Notes: generated by a model from the letters alone, not told the origin. DNA of 64,000 nt from Octopus vulgaris (GCA_951406725.2 OX597831.1:30194001-30258000), one strand, 5' to 3'. Shown: positions 1-12,543, counted from the first letter of the stretch. Numbers and translations: made by a program.

Positions 1-869
1 TTCTCAGTTTTTATTTCTCAAGATTGTTTATGATCAATATTATTCTTATTATTATCATTTCTCTTTTATTCTTCCAAAATTTATCTAACATTCTTTGATG
101 AACTGTGCACATATATCTGGCTTCATCTGTCGTTAGAACTCTGATCTAAGCAAATATCATTGCACTGCGATATACACAGAAAATACACCGGCGCCAAAAT
201 TTCTTTGTTCCTTTGCAATAAAAGCCCGGAAGCTTATTCAACATCCTTTACAACTCATGCAGTTATTGGTCTCAGCTGCTTTTATTCACAGTTTTATTTG
301 ATGATGCTGTCATCCCAAGCCTATTTCAACACAAACCCACCTTATTTTATTTTATTATATTTTTTTAATTATAATTTTCTATCCAAATATCCAACACAAT
401 TTGTTTTTGTTTTTTTTTTCTTCTTCATATTTTGAAAATATATTTCAGTTTATTGAATTTATTAGAAAAAGATTATTTTGGGAATCGAATTAGTAAAAGC
501 AGTCATGTTCTTCATATTTGAACATTATTCGAAGATTCCAATTTAGGAAAAAAAATTCAGGAAGGAATATAAATAAAAGAAAAAATATTCTCTGTTAAAA
601 TATAAACGTTTTACATATACTCGAAAATTTACCATAAAACAAAAATACAGTTTTTCAGTAAACAACTTGACCGGACAGTTACAATGTGGGCAACTCGATT
701 GTAAATCATGTGACATTCTTTTCTCATTCCTCAAACAGTTTATTATCATTTTTTTTAAAATAATGATTTGGGAGAGAAAAATACGCAAGAGTCAGGGTTT
801 CACGTGCAAGTGGGCAAAAGTATTATTTATCACGCTTTGATAGTCTTTTTACGAATTAGCATCGTTAAA

Positions 870-1204
870 AATTATCATCATCATCATCATCATCATCATT
901 ATCATCATCATCGTCGTCGTCGTCGTCTTCGTCATCATCATCATCATCATCATCATCGTCATCGTCGTCATCATCATCAGCAGCATTGTCGTCGTCGTAA
1001 TCGTCATCATCATCATTATATTTATCGTTATCATTATCACCATCACCAGCACATCATCGTCGTCATCGTCATCGTCATCATCATCATCGTCATCATCAGC
1101 ATCATTGTCATCCTCCTCACCATCATCATCATCATCGTCATCATTGTTTTGATATTATTGAAAAGATTATTATTATTGTTATTATTATACTTATAATTCT
1201 CCTC

Positions 1205-1235
<31 letters not shown>

Positions 1236-1330
1236 CATCATCATCGTCATCACTATCGTCGTCGTCGTCACCATCATCATCATCGTCATCATTGTCATCA
1301 TCGCCGCCGTCGTCGTCATCGTTAATGTCG
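870..1330. repeat. Compound (CAT/CGT/TAT)n trinucleotide microsatellite
   Basis: Direct inspection; source of the poly-His/Ile ORFs. Confidence 0.95.
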
Positions 1331-2194
1331 TCATGAGGATTGCGAGGGCGTAGGTGGCGGAGAGCCGGACTAAGTGCTTTATCGTATCGTGTTCAGCAGC
1401 ACATTTCTTAAGTAATATCAGACCGGAGACGACTTTGTCTCTAACCCCTTCCGAGATCAACACTGTCTTGAATCACTTCCCAGTTGCATAAATAAAAAAT
1501 ATATTGCTTTAAGCTGATTAAACACATTATATCCCATTACAAATACACCACACACACACACACACACACACATACACACTCACACACGCACACACACACT
1601 CACACACTTGTACATACACTTACATACACATACTTCTATCAGCCAAAGTCAACCTCCCTCCTCCTTATCATGCTACCTTTTATTATCATCGAACATTCTT
1701 CTCCGGAGAAAAATCCCATTAAATGTGGCGGCTATACCAATTAAAGTTTGGGCTGACTCCCAATTTAAAAATGCAAAATAAAATAAGGAAGCGTTTCAGA
1801 AGTAGAGGTTGTTACGGTGTTCTGTTGTTTAAAGACACGTCTGGGTGTAGAAATTATATCCACGTAAAGGATTAAAAACTATTTATGAAACATAATCTTA
1901 TAAGACCAAGTAAAACTAAACATTATTGTTTGGACTTTACATTAGTTTTAGTAAAGTTAACCGTATTGTTATAATCCTTCGACAAGTTAATCCCTTCGTC
2001 GAAATATGCACCATGCGTAAAGCGGGTGTGATATAAATTTCTTACTTAATACGAGCTAGTTCTAGTATTTCCAGGAAAAAAAAATCTCATCATATGAAAG
2101 CTCTTCTCTGGTTAGGTGAACTGAGACAGTGTAGACAATTTGAGTGTCCTGTCTAGGAAAAAAAAAACGAAAATGCTTAGGTCCAGCTGGCCGT

Positions 2195-2310
2195 AGGAAA
2201 CTGTATATGACAACGATATGGTTCTCATTACCGAATCTCTCAAGGATTGGAACTGAAATTTCAAGCTTGGAAGCAAAGAAGCCTTAAAGTAAACTTAACA
2301 AACACAAAAA
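2195..2310 (+). pseudogene. Possible decayed RTE-type RT fragment
   Basis: LYDNDMVLITESL..LKFQAWK..LKVNL resembles the YADDLVL region; short and frameshifted. Confidence 0.4.
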
Positions 2311-2756
2311 GATTATTTTTAACAGAAAGAAAAAAAAAAACAGGACAGGACTTTGTTGCAACATGAATATATTTTCCTGGCCTATTAACTGATCGATAAT
2401 TCGATAACGTAATCACTATGTCATTTCATATCTTCAAATGATGAAATATTATCTTTATTGCAATGTATTAGAGGATAAAAGCAATAAAGCCGATTGTGAC
2501 ATCAGAAGTCGTTTTAGCACCAGCCTTCGTTTCCCTATATTCTTAAAAAATATTTTATGAGTTTTATCTTCTGTATTATTCAACGTATTTTTCTTGTATA
2601 ATTGTAATAAAACTAGAACTATACTCTTTATCGATTTAAAACAGTTTCTTCTAAATATCAAAGTGATAGAGGGAGATATACTCTTAAGATGGCTAAAAAC
2701 AACCCTTAGTTCTAAATATTGGCTAAGCTGCCGGCAGTGAAGATATGCCCCAAAAA

Positions 2757-2810
<54 letters not shown>

Positions 2811-2899
2811 TGAATATTTATATATATATATATATATATATTATGAATATTTTTTTATATATATATATATATATATATATTTATGAATATTTTTGTGTC

Positions 2900-2939
<40 letters not shown>

Positions 2940-3198
2940 GGTGTCTGCGTATATGTGTGTGTGTGTATGTGTGTGTGTATGTGATATATGCAGGAAGAAA
3001 GAGATAGATAGAGACAGGATAGGAAGGGAGGGAGTGAAATTGGTAGATTCTACTGTTTATCTACCCATATACCATCAACATATTAGTATGTCTGTGTATC
3101 TTTATGTGCTTGTGCATATGAATATAAATATGTGTATAAATGTGTACGTACATATATATATATATATATATATTATATAAAAATATATGTATGTATAC

Positions 3199-3271
<73 letters not shown>

Positions 3272-4491
3272 CACGTGTGTGTATGCTTATGGATGGATGT
3301 AAGTTGATACATATGTGTGCATCTGTGCCTATTTCTATGTATGTACTTATACGTATGACCATATTTATATGAATCTGTGTGTAATTCTGGTAATATTTCT
3401 TCTCTGTTTTTAATAGATTTCATTTTCTCAATTCCTGCAGGCAGTACGCAAATCTTTTTGAATTCTTTAAACGAATGTAAAGTTGGTTTATAAATAGTTA
3501 AGGAATTCTTCAACTTATTAGCAAAGATTAAAGCGAAATATCTTCAAGCTATTCTTTTTATAAATTACTCGAAAATCTTTCACCACCCTCTCATCTCCAC
3601 TCTAATCCATTTCCCCTCTATAACTCTCTACACCACTGTCTCTTTCAATTCACCATTTCCTTGTGGCAACCTCTTTTATCTCCTCGTCCAGTATCTTTCT
3701 TCCTCTCAAACGCCGAACTTATCTGCTCCATCTATTGAGTAGAGGATGTAGCAAACTCGGCTACTAGAAAATTACTTACATAGTGCCCATTTGGGACATT
3801 ATAGGTACTTCTACTTGGCGCTAACATCGGTTATAATTCCGCGAATAAATATTTATTCTCTGCATGTAAAAATTTATATTATTTCCATGTCTGTGGGATA
3901 ACATACCCGTATCTACAGTATCATTACTATATCTCTAATACCTGTAAAATACTTGTGCTTCCTTAATTTTTACATTGCCTATATTTTATGATCACTCAAC
4001 AATCTTTATCTGAGATCTTAAATCTATTCTGTCTCTCTATCGTTGTCTAGAAATCACATATCTGTAACTGTTACTAATCTTGTCATTTCTAGTAGTCTTT
4101 AATTATCATAGCTCTCGGTCGCCGACTTTGAATGCGTGAGAACAGACGAATCTTTGTTGTCCATCTTGCTCCAATCAAAATATGGAGAAAACGTTCTCAT
4201 GTTGTCGTCACATTTGTTTCTATAATCAAAGCCTCGTTCATCTGTCAATTTTGGTCACGGGGGTATTAGATCCCTTTTATCCATTCATCACTTATTTATT
4301 CTCCTCCACTTCTTCTTATTATTAAAACAAACAAAACCATAGAAAAGCAAAGCGTATTTAAAGGGAGAAGCAAAGTGCTTTTTTTTTTTTTTTTTTTGTA
4401 AGAAAGGAATCTCCCAACCCTATCCTTATCCCAATCAGCCCACCCCTCCAGAAAATCAGAAATAATAATTTTTTTAAAAAATGATGGTGAT

Positions 4492-7400
4492 TCAAACGTT
4501 AGTTATCTTTTTGTGAGTCGGAAGCGGAAGTGGTATGTTAAGGCTGTAGCTGTCACTGACTGTTACGTTCTCTATATTGATGTCATCGAACAAATCTACG
4601 TCACTCATGGCATCAGAGACAAAGAACTCCTCATCGCTGACCAGACCGGGTCGGTAGTTGTCGTATTCAGACTCATAGGCTGTTGAAGCGGAGTCGAAAT
4701 TAAGAGTCGGGTCACTTTTCGACATCTCACTGCTGCTTGCAAACGACGATATGCTGATATTGTCGATGGCCATGGGTTTGCGACCACCACCGAAATATGG
4801 TATTAAATAAGTGTGTTTTATATGAGGACTTCCGGTCGCAGAGGAAGCGTTAGACGACACGTGATCTTCCTTGTCGCTGGGGATGTAATCTAAGCTACGG
4901 CAATATCGTGGAGGCATACTGAATATGGGCCTTCGTTTCACTTGAAACGGGTTCACCGCGATCCGTTGCTGGAGGCTATTGTTGTTGTTGGTATTGTTGG
5001 TATTGCTGCAATGATTAATATTATTGTTGTTATTGTTGTTATTGTTAGTGACACCAGTGCTTGTTTCAGCACCGACACGAGAAATTGCCCCTCCACCACC
5101 AGCACCATTAGCAGAACCGCTAGCACCTGCTCCAGCTGTATCAGCCCCACCAGAAGGGCGTTGTTTAGCGTTTGAGCTCACTGTGGGAGGTGAACGGTGC
5201 CTGGGTTGCCATGCGAAAGATGTTTTGGTCTTCTGAGGATTAACAGAAACACCCACTCGTTCCTCATCACTTTCTTCCACAGAGTTCTCCCGACGTTTTT
5301 TCTTTATATTACTGACCACAGCAGTCGGCAACCGTGAATGCTTTACTGGTTCTAGCAGTACTCTCGGCTTTGCACCAAAGTTTCCGCTCCTACCGTTTAC
5401 ACAAGCCTTGCTCCGATCATTTGCCGGTCCCGGCATTCTCATGTTAGTTACTCCTACAGGGGGTTTACTAGATATGTTGCTCCTGTTGTAAGAGGATTTC
5501 TGTCCTATTGGGGCCACAACAGCAGTGGCTGGCTTCAATGGAGAAGTGACTTTTGCAACAGTCGGAGTAACACACAGCTTCGGTATTCCTGTAGGAGCTC
5601 TTAATTTGCGTTGCTTTAAATCTTCAGATGGAACTGGTTCTTTTTTGACTGGATTTTCAGTGTGATGTTCTTCATCGTCATCATCACCGTCATCATCATC
5701 ATTAACATCTCGCTCGAGGTCGTGCAACAAGCGATTCAGTTGAGTATTGTCACTGTGTAAGCGGATAGGGAACTTTGGTGTCGATGGTGAAGAATAAGGG
5801 CAGCTACTGAGTGTATCACTTGATTTAGAATGACAGACGGAGTTATCTACCCTTGCATTCCTTACAGACGTAGGGGGAGTTTCAGGGCACGAAACCTGTC
5901 GTGTAAATGGTTGTCTAATACCAGATTTGACCTTCAGTTCTATTGGTTTCAGTAGTACAACTGAAGACTGGTTGGAAGAGACAGATTCTAATTCATCGTC
6001 TGAAGTTGTATTTAGAAAACATGGTTCTGTCTGGGACTGAACAACCACTGGGTTACAAACTCCTACAGACGGAATCTTTTTTACATTGCTATCAGCAGTG
6101 TTCAAACTCGGAATGGTACCATCAGACTTTCTTCTTTTATCTGAAGGACCATTGGATTCTGGTTTCCCCCGTGTCTTCTCTGACGGGGAACGCATTAGGC
6201 TAATCTTTTGGTTTTCTTCGTTATCTACTTTTACAACTGCAGCCGGTAATATAGACATATTTTTACCGTCAATACTCGCAAGAATGGACGAAGCTTTAGG
6301 TAAATTAGAAGGTGCTAATTTGGATCTTGTTGAGGATGTTCGACGACTATCACATATCAGTGGTTTCGGTTTTTGTATCAACGGTATGGAATCCAATGAC
6401 ATCGGCTGCGGAGTCACTGTGTTTTTATCCAGTCTTGCTGGAGGGGATTTGGCGCCAGATGGGATCTGTTGTTTCCTTGTATTTTTGTCATATTCAGGAC
6501 TTTGAGGACTTTGGAGGTGACCGCCAGATTGTTTATTATTTTTCGCTAATGAACGTTGAGATTGCTTTCTTTTATTGTCTCTACCGTTCTGTGTCTCATC
6601 TACGACCTCTCCCAGTTCCTTTAACATACAATTCATTGCCAAAATTTCGCTTTCTGGTATTTCCTCTAATATTGGTCCTGTTTCGTAATAGTCTTCCGTC
6701 TGAGTTGGTGATGTCGACGTACGAAGACATTTCCGAATGGCTGACGATCCTGTTACAGCAGGCAATGATGTTGCTTGTGGCATATTAGAGGATCTGGAGG
6801 GAGATGGTATCTTTGACACTTTGTCTCTTGGATGTGGCGGCGCTGATTTACTGGTGCTGCTCTTTGCACTTTCAGGAGACAAATTTTGTCGCGGACAGCT
6901 TCGATGCTGCACTGATCGTTCGACCAGTTCTGGTTCTGTATTAGATTTAAGTTGGTCAAACATTTCGTTTTGAATTGTTGGACTATGAACATTGTCTATA
7001 TTTGCATTGCCGTTGTTCTGCATCTTAACGTTCATATAATGCACTGTTGGTAGTTCAGGAGAATCGACGCAACCGTAAGACACATCAGCGGTTATACAAC
7101 TCGTCAAAGACGAACTACTCAGTTTCCGCAATGGATTACGAACGGACGAATCTCTTGGACTCTCAGTGCTATTTTTTCTTTTCTTATTCAGGCTGCTCGT
7201 AGGAGTACCGTTCGGACCCCTTAGAGAATCTAAGCTTGGTTTTCGTTCAATATTAATTGAACCGTAAACGGATTGAGATTTTCCTTGTGATTTTTGAGAC
7301 CCTTGTCGGTCGAGGTCTTTGCTAACACTGAGACTTTGTGGTACAAGTGGCGCGTTCTCCTTGAAATCTCTTGACGGGGATCTAGATTTGGATAAGCTTT

Positions 7401-7551
7401 CTGCAGTGCTACAGGGACTATACTTCGAAGCAGATCCTTTAAGTCCCATCACGAAATAGGTAACCATGTCACCTTTACCTTTGACTGTTATCCGACCGCG
7501 ACATTTGAAGTCATAGACATCTTTAAGGGCCATGTATACTTCTTCTGTGAC
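4492..7551 (-). CDS. rut: Adenylyl cyclase exon 13 (last coding exon): end of C2a (VTEEVY...CRGRITVKGKGDMVTYF) plus ~980-aa low-complexity C-terminal tail ending KKITNV*
   Basis: cttttacag|GTC acceptor at 7552-7553 extends the listed 1013-aa ORF by six codons; KGKG motif present; a very long C2b tail is typical of invertebrate rutabaga-type cyclases. Confidence 0.95.
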   Translation of the reverse strand, partial: VTEEVYMALKDVYDFKCRGRITVKGKGDMVTYFVMGLKGSASKYSPCSTAESLSKSRSPSRDFKENAPLVPQSLSVSKDLDRQGSQKSQGKSQSVYGSINIERKPSLDSLRGPNGTPTSSLNKKRKNSTESPRDSSVRNPLRKLSSSSLTSCITADVSYGCVDSPELPTVHYMNVKMQNNGNANIDNVHSPTIQNEMFDQLKSNTEPELVERSVQHRSCPRQNLSPESAKSSTSKSAPPHPRDKVSKIPSPSRSSNMPQATSLPAVTGSSAIRKCLRTSTSPTQTEDYYETGPILEEIPESEILAMNCMLKELGEVVDETQNGRDNKRKQSQRSLAKNNKQSGGHLQSPQSPEYDKNTRKQQIPSGAKSPPARLDKNTVTPQPMSLDSIPLIQKPKPLICDSRRTSSTRSKLAPSNLPKASSILASIDGKNMSILPAAVVKVDNEENQKISLMRSPSEKTRGKPESNGPSDKRRKSDGTIPSLNTADSNVKKIPSVGVCNPVVVQSQTEPCFLNTTSDDELESVSSNQSSVVLLKPIELKVKSGIRQPFTRQVSCPETPPTSVRNARVDNSVCHSKSSDTLSSCPYSSPSTPKFPIRLHSDNTQLNRLLHDLERDVNDDDDGDDDDEEHHTENPVKKEPVPSEDLKQRKLRAPTGIPKLCVTPTVAKVTSPLKPATAVVAPIGQKSSYNRSNISSKPPVGVTNMRMPGPANDRSKACVNGRSGNFGAKPRVLLEPVKHSRLPTAVVSNIKKKRRENSVEESDEERVGVSVNPQKTKTSFAWQPRHRSPPTVSSNAKQRPSGGADTAGAGASGSANGAGGGGAISRVGAETSTGVTNNNNNNNNNINHCSNTNNTNNNNSLQQRIAVNPFQVKRRPIFSMPPRYCRSLDYIPSDKEDHVSSNASSATGSPHIKHTYLIPYFGGGRKPMAIDNISISSFASSSEMSKSDPTLNFDSASTAYESEYDNYRPGLVSDEEFFVSDAMSDVDLFDDINIENVTVSDSYSLNIPLPLPTHKKITNV

Positions 7552-7980
7552 CTGTAAAAGAGGAAATAAAATGAGAAATAATTAGCGAGTAAAGAATTAT
7601 AGTTCGTTCGAAAAGCACAAACACACATGCGATCCACTATTAAGGTGTGCTTGTTATTATAATCATACATAAGGCGGACAAAATGCTTAGCAATATTTTG
7701 TCCGTCTTTACGGTCGAAGTTTAAATTCCGCCGAGGTCGACTTTGCCTTTCATCTTTTTGCTGTCGCTAAAATTAGCTCCACTAGACCAAAGGGGTCGAT
7801 ATAATCGACTTACCCCTCCCCCTAACTTGCTGACCTTGTGTGAACGTTTGAAACTATTGTAATTGTACATAAATGATTCAAACAGGAATGCAAACGTTTT
7901 TTAGTAGGTATATAAAGAATATTTTGTCATTTTACGAAGGAGAGCTGACTGAGACTTCGAAGTTTTTTTGTTTTTAGACA

Positions 7981-8200
7981 TACTCTTTACTCTCTCTTTT
8001 ACTCTCTTACTTGTTTCAGTTATGTGACTGTAGCCATGCTGGAGCATCACCTTTAGTCGAGCAAATCGACCCCAAATCTTTGTAAGCCTTGTACTTATTC
8101 TATCGGTCTCTTTTACCGAACCGCTAAGTTACGGGGACGTAAACACACCAGCATCTGTTGTCAAGCGATGTTGGGGGCGGGGACAAACATAGACACACAA

Positions 8201-8260
<60 letters not shown>

Positions 8261-8485
8261 GTGATCTTTCAACATGTGATCTCTTGAGCACCACCAGCAA
8301 AACTATTTTTTTCTCTGTCTTCCCTTCTTGGGATCTTTCCTTCTCCTTGTTTCCGACGAAGAGCTCCGCTCGAAACGTTAAACCCTCCTTCCCTTCTTTC
8401 CTGAGCGTCAATAATACTTTAATTGTTCCACGTCCTCGCGTTGCTGTGTTTTTTTCTCTTTTTTTCTGTGTTTTCTTGTTTGGAT

Positions 8486-8525
<40 letters not shown>

Positions 8526-8691
8526 TACGACGGGCTTCTTTCAGTTTCCGTCTACCAAATCCACTCACACGGTTTTAGTCGGCCCGAGGCTATAGTAGAA
8601 GACACTTGCCCAAGGTGCCACGCAGTGGGACTGAACCCGGAACCATGTGGTTTGTAAACAAGCTACTTACCACACAGCCACTCCTACGCCT
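7981..8691 (-). mobile_element. tRNA-derived SINE family A (CORE-like), with nested insertion
   Basis: Head ggcgtaggagtggctgtgtggtaag (A box) and gggttcagtcc (B box), ccttgggcaagt core-like segment, internal TA/CA microsatellite, gagtaa-type tail; multicopy in the window. Confidence 0.85.
8259..8490 (+). mobile_element. Short hammerhead-bearing repeat (Penelope pLTR/retrozyme-like), nested in the (TA)n of a SINE
   Basis: gttt CCGACGA a gagc tcc gctc GAAAC GTT aaac at 8349-8383; shared cctgagcgt..taatac segment and T-rich tail ending in (TA)n. Confidence 0.6.
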
Positions 8692-9496
8692 ATATAGTTA
8701 GAATACTGCAGCATCTGGTTTAGTTTTTAACTGAGCAACATAGGACTTTCTATAGGACAATGAAGCAGATGAGATTTTATTTACTGAACATGGAATCACG
8801 AATGCCAAAAATCCGTATGTGGTTCTGTTATATAACCCAAGGAATGATATTAAGATTTTTTTTTACAGTCTGCGAAAGATATTCGAGCTCAAAACAACAT
8901 CTGAGTAAGAGTGAATCGTTGAACGAAGACAGAAAATCGGAGTTTAACTTCTGACACAATGAAATGGTTTATATTATAACACCGATGCGTTCATGGGAAT
9001 AGGTTATTCAAATATTTGCTTTGTTGAAAATTGAAACAGAGGCAACACACTCGTTTATACAAGGCAAAAGCATGCGAAACGGGACATTCCATAAAAGTTT
9101 CGCATGCTTTTTGGATGGTTTTAGAGATTTTTATTGACGTAAGGATTAAATCTTTTGTATGTGACTTCTTCTCCATTAAATATATTAGTAATTTCCATAT
9201 TTAGAGAAATCATCGATATTATTAGATGGATTAGTGCTGTTCAGCGAAATCTGGAATACGAGAAAAGAGGTGATTGGCTGCGATAGCATGATTTTATCCA
9301 CAGGAAAGTTTGTACGGGAGTTCAGTTTGTGAATCTGAACTTTTTACTACAAAGACTAGTATGTGAAGTTTTCATATTTTCGTACTTTGTCAGATTTTCA
9401 CCCTTCATCATTTCATGTTCATTGAATGTAACTTCAACACCATTTGGAAACTCAATATTGCAACCAGAATCTTTCATTGTTACCGTTTACTCTTTA

Positions 9497-9904
9497 TTAT
9501 TTACTCTTTTGCTTGTTTCAGTCATTTGACTGCGGCCATGCTGGAGCACCACCTTAGTCGAGCAAATCGACCTCAGGACTTATTCTTTGTAAGCCTAGTA
9601 CTTATTCTATCGGTCTCTCTTGCCGAACCGCTAAGTGACAGGGACATAAGCACACCAGCATCGGTTGTCAAGCAATGCTAGGGGGACAAACACAGACACA
9701 TAAACATACACACGCACATATATATATATATACTTATATACTTCGGGCTTCTTTCAGTTTCCATCTACCAAATCCACTCACAAGGCTTTGGTCGGCCCGA
9801 GGCTATAGTAGAAGACACTTGCCCAAGATGCCACGCAATGGGACTGAACCCGGAACCATATGGTTGGTAAGCAAGCTACTTACCACACAGCCACTCCTGC
9901 GCCT
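9497..9904 (-). mobile_element. SINE family A
   Basis: Closely similar to the 7981-8691 copy without the nested insert. Confidence 0.85.
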
Positions 9905-10169
9905 ATTGTTCACTAATTTCGCGAAAATGAAGCAAGAAACCAGCCCAGTTAAGATGTTTTCGTTTCTCCAGCTTCATATTCATAGTAAGCTGTAGTTATG
10001 TGACTCCATTTCAAAATGAAGAAAGCACCCGCGACAAGCTCTGTCAGCTTTCTTTAACAGAGTGAACGTTTGTTGGAAATTGACAAGAAGCTCCATATTC
10101 CCGCCATCACAAGGAAAATTAGTATGCGACAGATCGCGAAATGAGTGATGAATTATTTCTTAGTATTTC

Positions 10170-10585
10170 TTATGTCTTTATTGCCCACAAGGGGCTAAAC
10201 ATACAGTGAGCAAAGAAAGACAGACAAAGGTATTAACTCGATTACATCGATCCCAGTGCGTAACTGGTACTTAATTTATCGATCCTAAAAGGTGAAAGGC
10301 AAAGTCGACCTCGGCGGAATTTGAACTCAGAACGTAACGACAGACGAAATACCTATTTCTTTTCTACCCACAAGGGGCTAAACACAGAGAGGACAAACAA
10401 GTACAGACAAAGGGATTAAGTCGATTATATCGACCCCAGTGCGTAACTGGTACTTAATTTATCGATCCCGAAAGGCTGAAAGGCAAAGTCGACCTCGGCA
10501 AATTTGAACTCAGAACGTAACGACAGACGAAATACCGCTAGGCATTTCGCCCAGCGTGCTAACGTTTCTGCCAGCTCGCCGCCTT
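10170..10585 (-). mobile_element. SINE family B, partial head-to-tail dimer with 14-bp target-site duplication
   Basis: Head ggcggcgagctggcagaaacgttag and gagttcaaattcc-type B box; TSD tttcttagtatttc at 10156-10169 and 10586-10599. Confidence 0.85.
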
Positions 10586-11044
10586 TTTCTTAGTATTTCA
10601 TCCCTTCAGAGGAAACGACCATGTCGACTGTTTTTGCTAGTTTACTGTTTACATTGAAGCTGCAAATATAACTGATGTCAATTGAATTTGGAATATGAAA
10701 AGACGAATGAGTTGCAAAATAATTTATTTAGAATAATGCAACTTTGAGATAGCGATTGTGGCAAAGACTGTGCTAATAATACTTGAGAATGGTCTCCAAT
10801 AGTTTTGGTCTTTCCGCGGAAACAATGTAGAAACAACCACATTGAAGTCATCTACTCGTATAATAGTTTGTTGTTCCCAAATTATCAATAAATATTCCTG
10901 CGAAAGATCTCTGTTCTTGGAATTAAATTTAGTAAATTTTTAGCGAACTCTTCAGTTTACGGTCAGTGATAGCGAGGGCATATAATGGAATATTTAGATG
11001 ATGTATTAGAAATTACAAAGTTAAGATAGAACCAATCAACTTAC

Positions 11045-11169
11045 CTGAATATGGTCTGGACGGCCGGTACTTTCCATTCGGCTGGCAACATTTACAGTAT
11101 TACCCCAAATATCATACTGGGGTTTTCTGGCGCCGATTACACCCGCTACAACAGGGCCCACATTGACTC
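11045..11169 (-). CDS. rut: Adenylyl cyclase exon 12, C2a core ([42 protein letters not shown])
   Basis: atattag| acceptor, CAG|gtaagt donor; 125 nt; ATP-selecting Asp (YDIWG) and catalytic Asn/Arg (NVASR) intact. Confidence 0.98.
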
Positions 11170-11404
11170 CTAATATTAAAAAAAAAATAATTATAACAGT
11201 AAGAGTAAATATAACAGAACATCTATCGAACAACTATCCTAATAGTATGAATTATGTTTTAATAAAATTTTGTCGCCTTTTTTGTCATGAGTACCCATTT
11301 GCTTATTGTAATGATGTGTTACAAAGAGGTCAGGGGGTAGTGCTATGGTACTCAGGAAGTTGTCTAAAATCAGGTTGAGAAAGAGAGGAATGTTACAAAC
11401 TATA

Positions 11405-11648
11405 TTAAGGTATATTCGCCATGATAGATCGTTAGCCACTAACTCACTTCCTGAGTACCATAGCACTACACACATTTTTTTTCTCTCCTTGTTTCTCTCC
11501 TTGTTTTTTCTGTGTCCCTTTCTGTAGAAGAGCGTAGGCTCGAAACGTAAAAGACTTTTTCTATTCCTGAGCGTTATACTAATACATCTGTTTGTTTTGT
11601 ACACCACCTGTCTTCGTCTTTTGTTTTTTTCGTAAACTCTCCTTATAT
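11405..11648 (+). mobile_element. Short hammerhead-bearing repeat, copy 2
   Basis: cttt CTGTAGA a gagc gtag gctc GAAAC GTA aaag at 11518-11553; homologous to 41041-41340. Confidence 0.65.
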
Positions 11649-12206
11649 ATTAAAAGTTTAGATAAAAATACAAATAACTATTGATAAAAATACATAGAAA
11701 AATATATGTAAACAAAAGAGAAGACATCGCTTTTTTTTTTTTAGATCAGGACCCACCCAATATCTCCCAGTCATGATAAAGAAAAGGATACCAAACGGGT
11801 TCATTCTTTCAGTTGTTTCATTAGTTCTTCGTTGGTTATTTAAAGAACAATACCCTTTATGCAGTCTCGTGGAAAAGTTGGTCCCTCTTTATATGTCTTA
11901 CCTGCCTTTGGTTTGAGATAACTTTTTCCCCTTGGATTTTCGCTTTCTATTTTCTCGCACACAACCTAAATATTTATCTCCACTTTAAACGTGGATAAAG
12001 TTCGTACCGATTTATAGTAGCTTACCTTTCGAATTATTTTAGAACATGGTAGAGTCCATAAAATAGGATGTGACTACACCTCTATTTAGAGCACAGTTTA
12101 AGCTATCTTTTCGTGGAAGAAGGTTTATGTTGCTATAACCCGTGTTTATTCTGTAACCCTTTAAAATGGAAGATAAGAAAGTTCATTTTCGGCACTTGAT
12201 GCTGTG

Positions 12207-12543
12207 GGAACTAGACAAAAATTGCTGCGGCTTGGCTGGAATGTGTTACCCCACCCTCCATATTCACCAGATATTGCTGATTCCACTTATTCAGGTCTCT
12301 GCAGAATAGTCTTAATGGTAAAAATTTCAATTACTTGGATGATGTAAAAAGATATCTTGATGAATTCTTTGCTATGAAACCACCCCAATTCTGGGAAGAG
12401 GGTATTTTCAAGTTAAGGAAAGATGGAGAAGTATTGTGCAACAAAATAGTTCATATTTGATTGATTAAAAATGTAATGGCAAGTATTTATTGACCTTCTT
12501 CTTTCTTTTAAAAATCGGCACGAACTTTCCGGACAACCCAATA
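12207..12543 (+). mobile_element. Mariner transposon 3' remnant
   Basis: Translates TRQKLLRLGWNVLPHPPYSPDIA..HLFRSLQNSLNGKNF with frameshifts; ends in TIR-like ...cggacaacccaata. Confidence 0.85.

Noticed and set aside
768-1463. Poly-His/Ile/Met ORFs, and similar ORFs at 35004-35655 and 38028-38901 and all [12 protein letters not shown] ORFs
   Set aside because: They are translations of di- and trinucleotide microsatellites, open in several frames and strands, without splice or homology support.
3840-4300. Polyadenylation signals (AATAAA on the minus strand near 4294 and 3852)
   Set aside because: The hexamer is common in AT-rich DNA; the 3' UTR end cannot be placed without transcript data.
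4492-7533. The 1013-aa ORF as a stand-alone gene
   Set aside because: It starts inside the C2 domain; an in-frame acceptor at 7552-7553 makes it the last exon of the cyclase.
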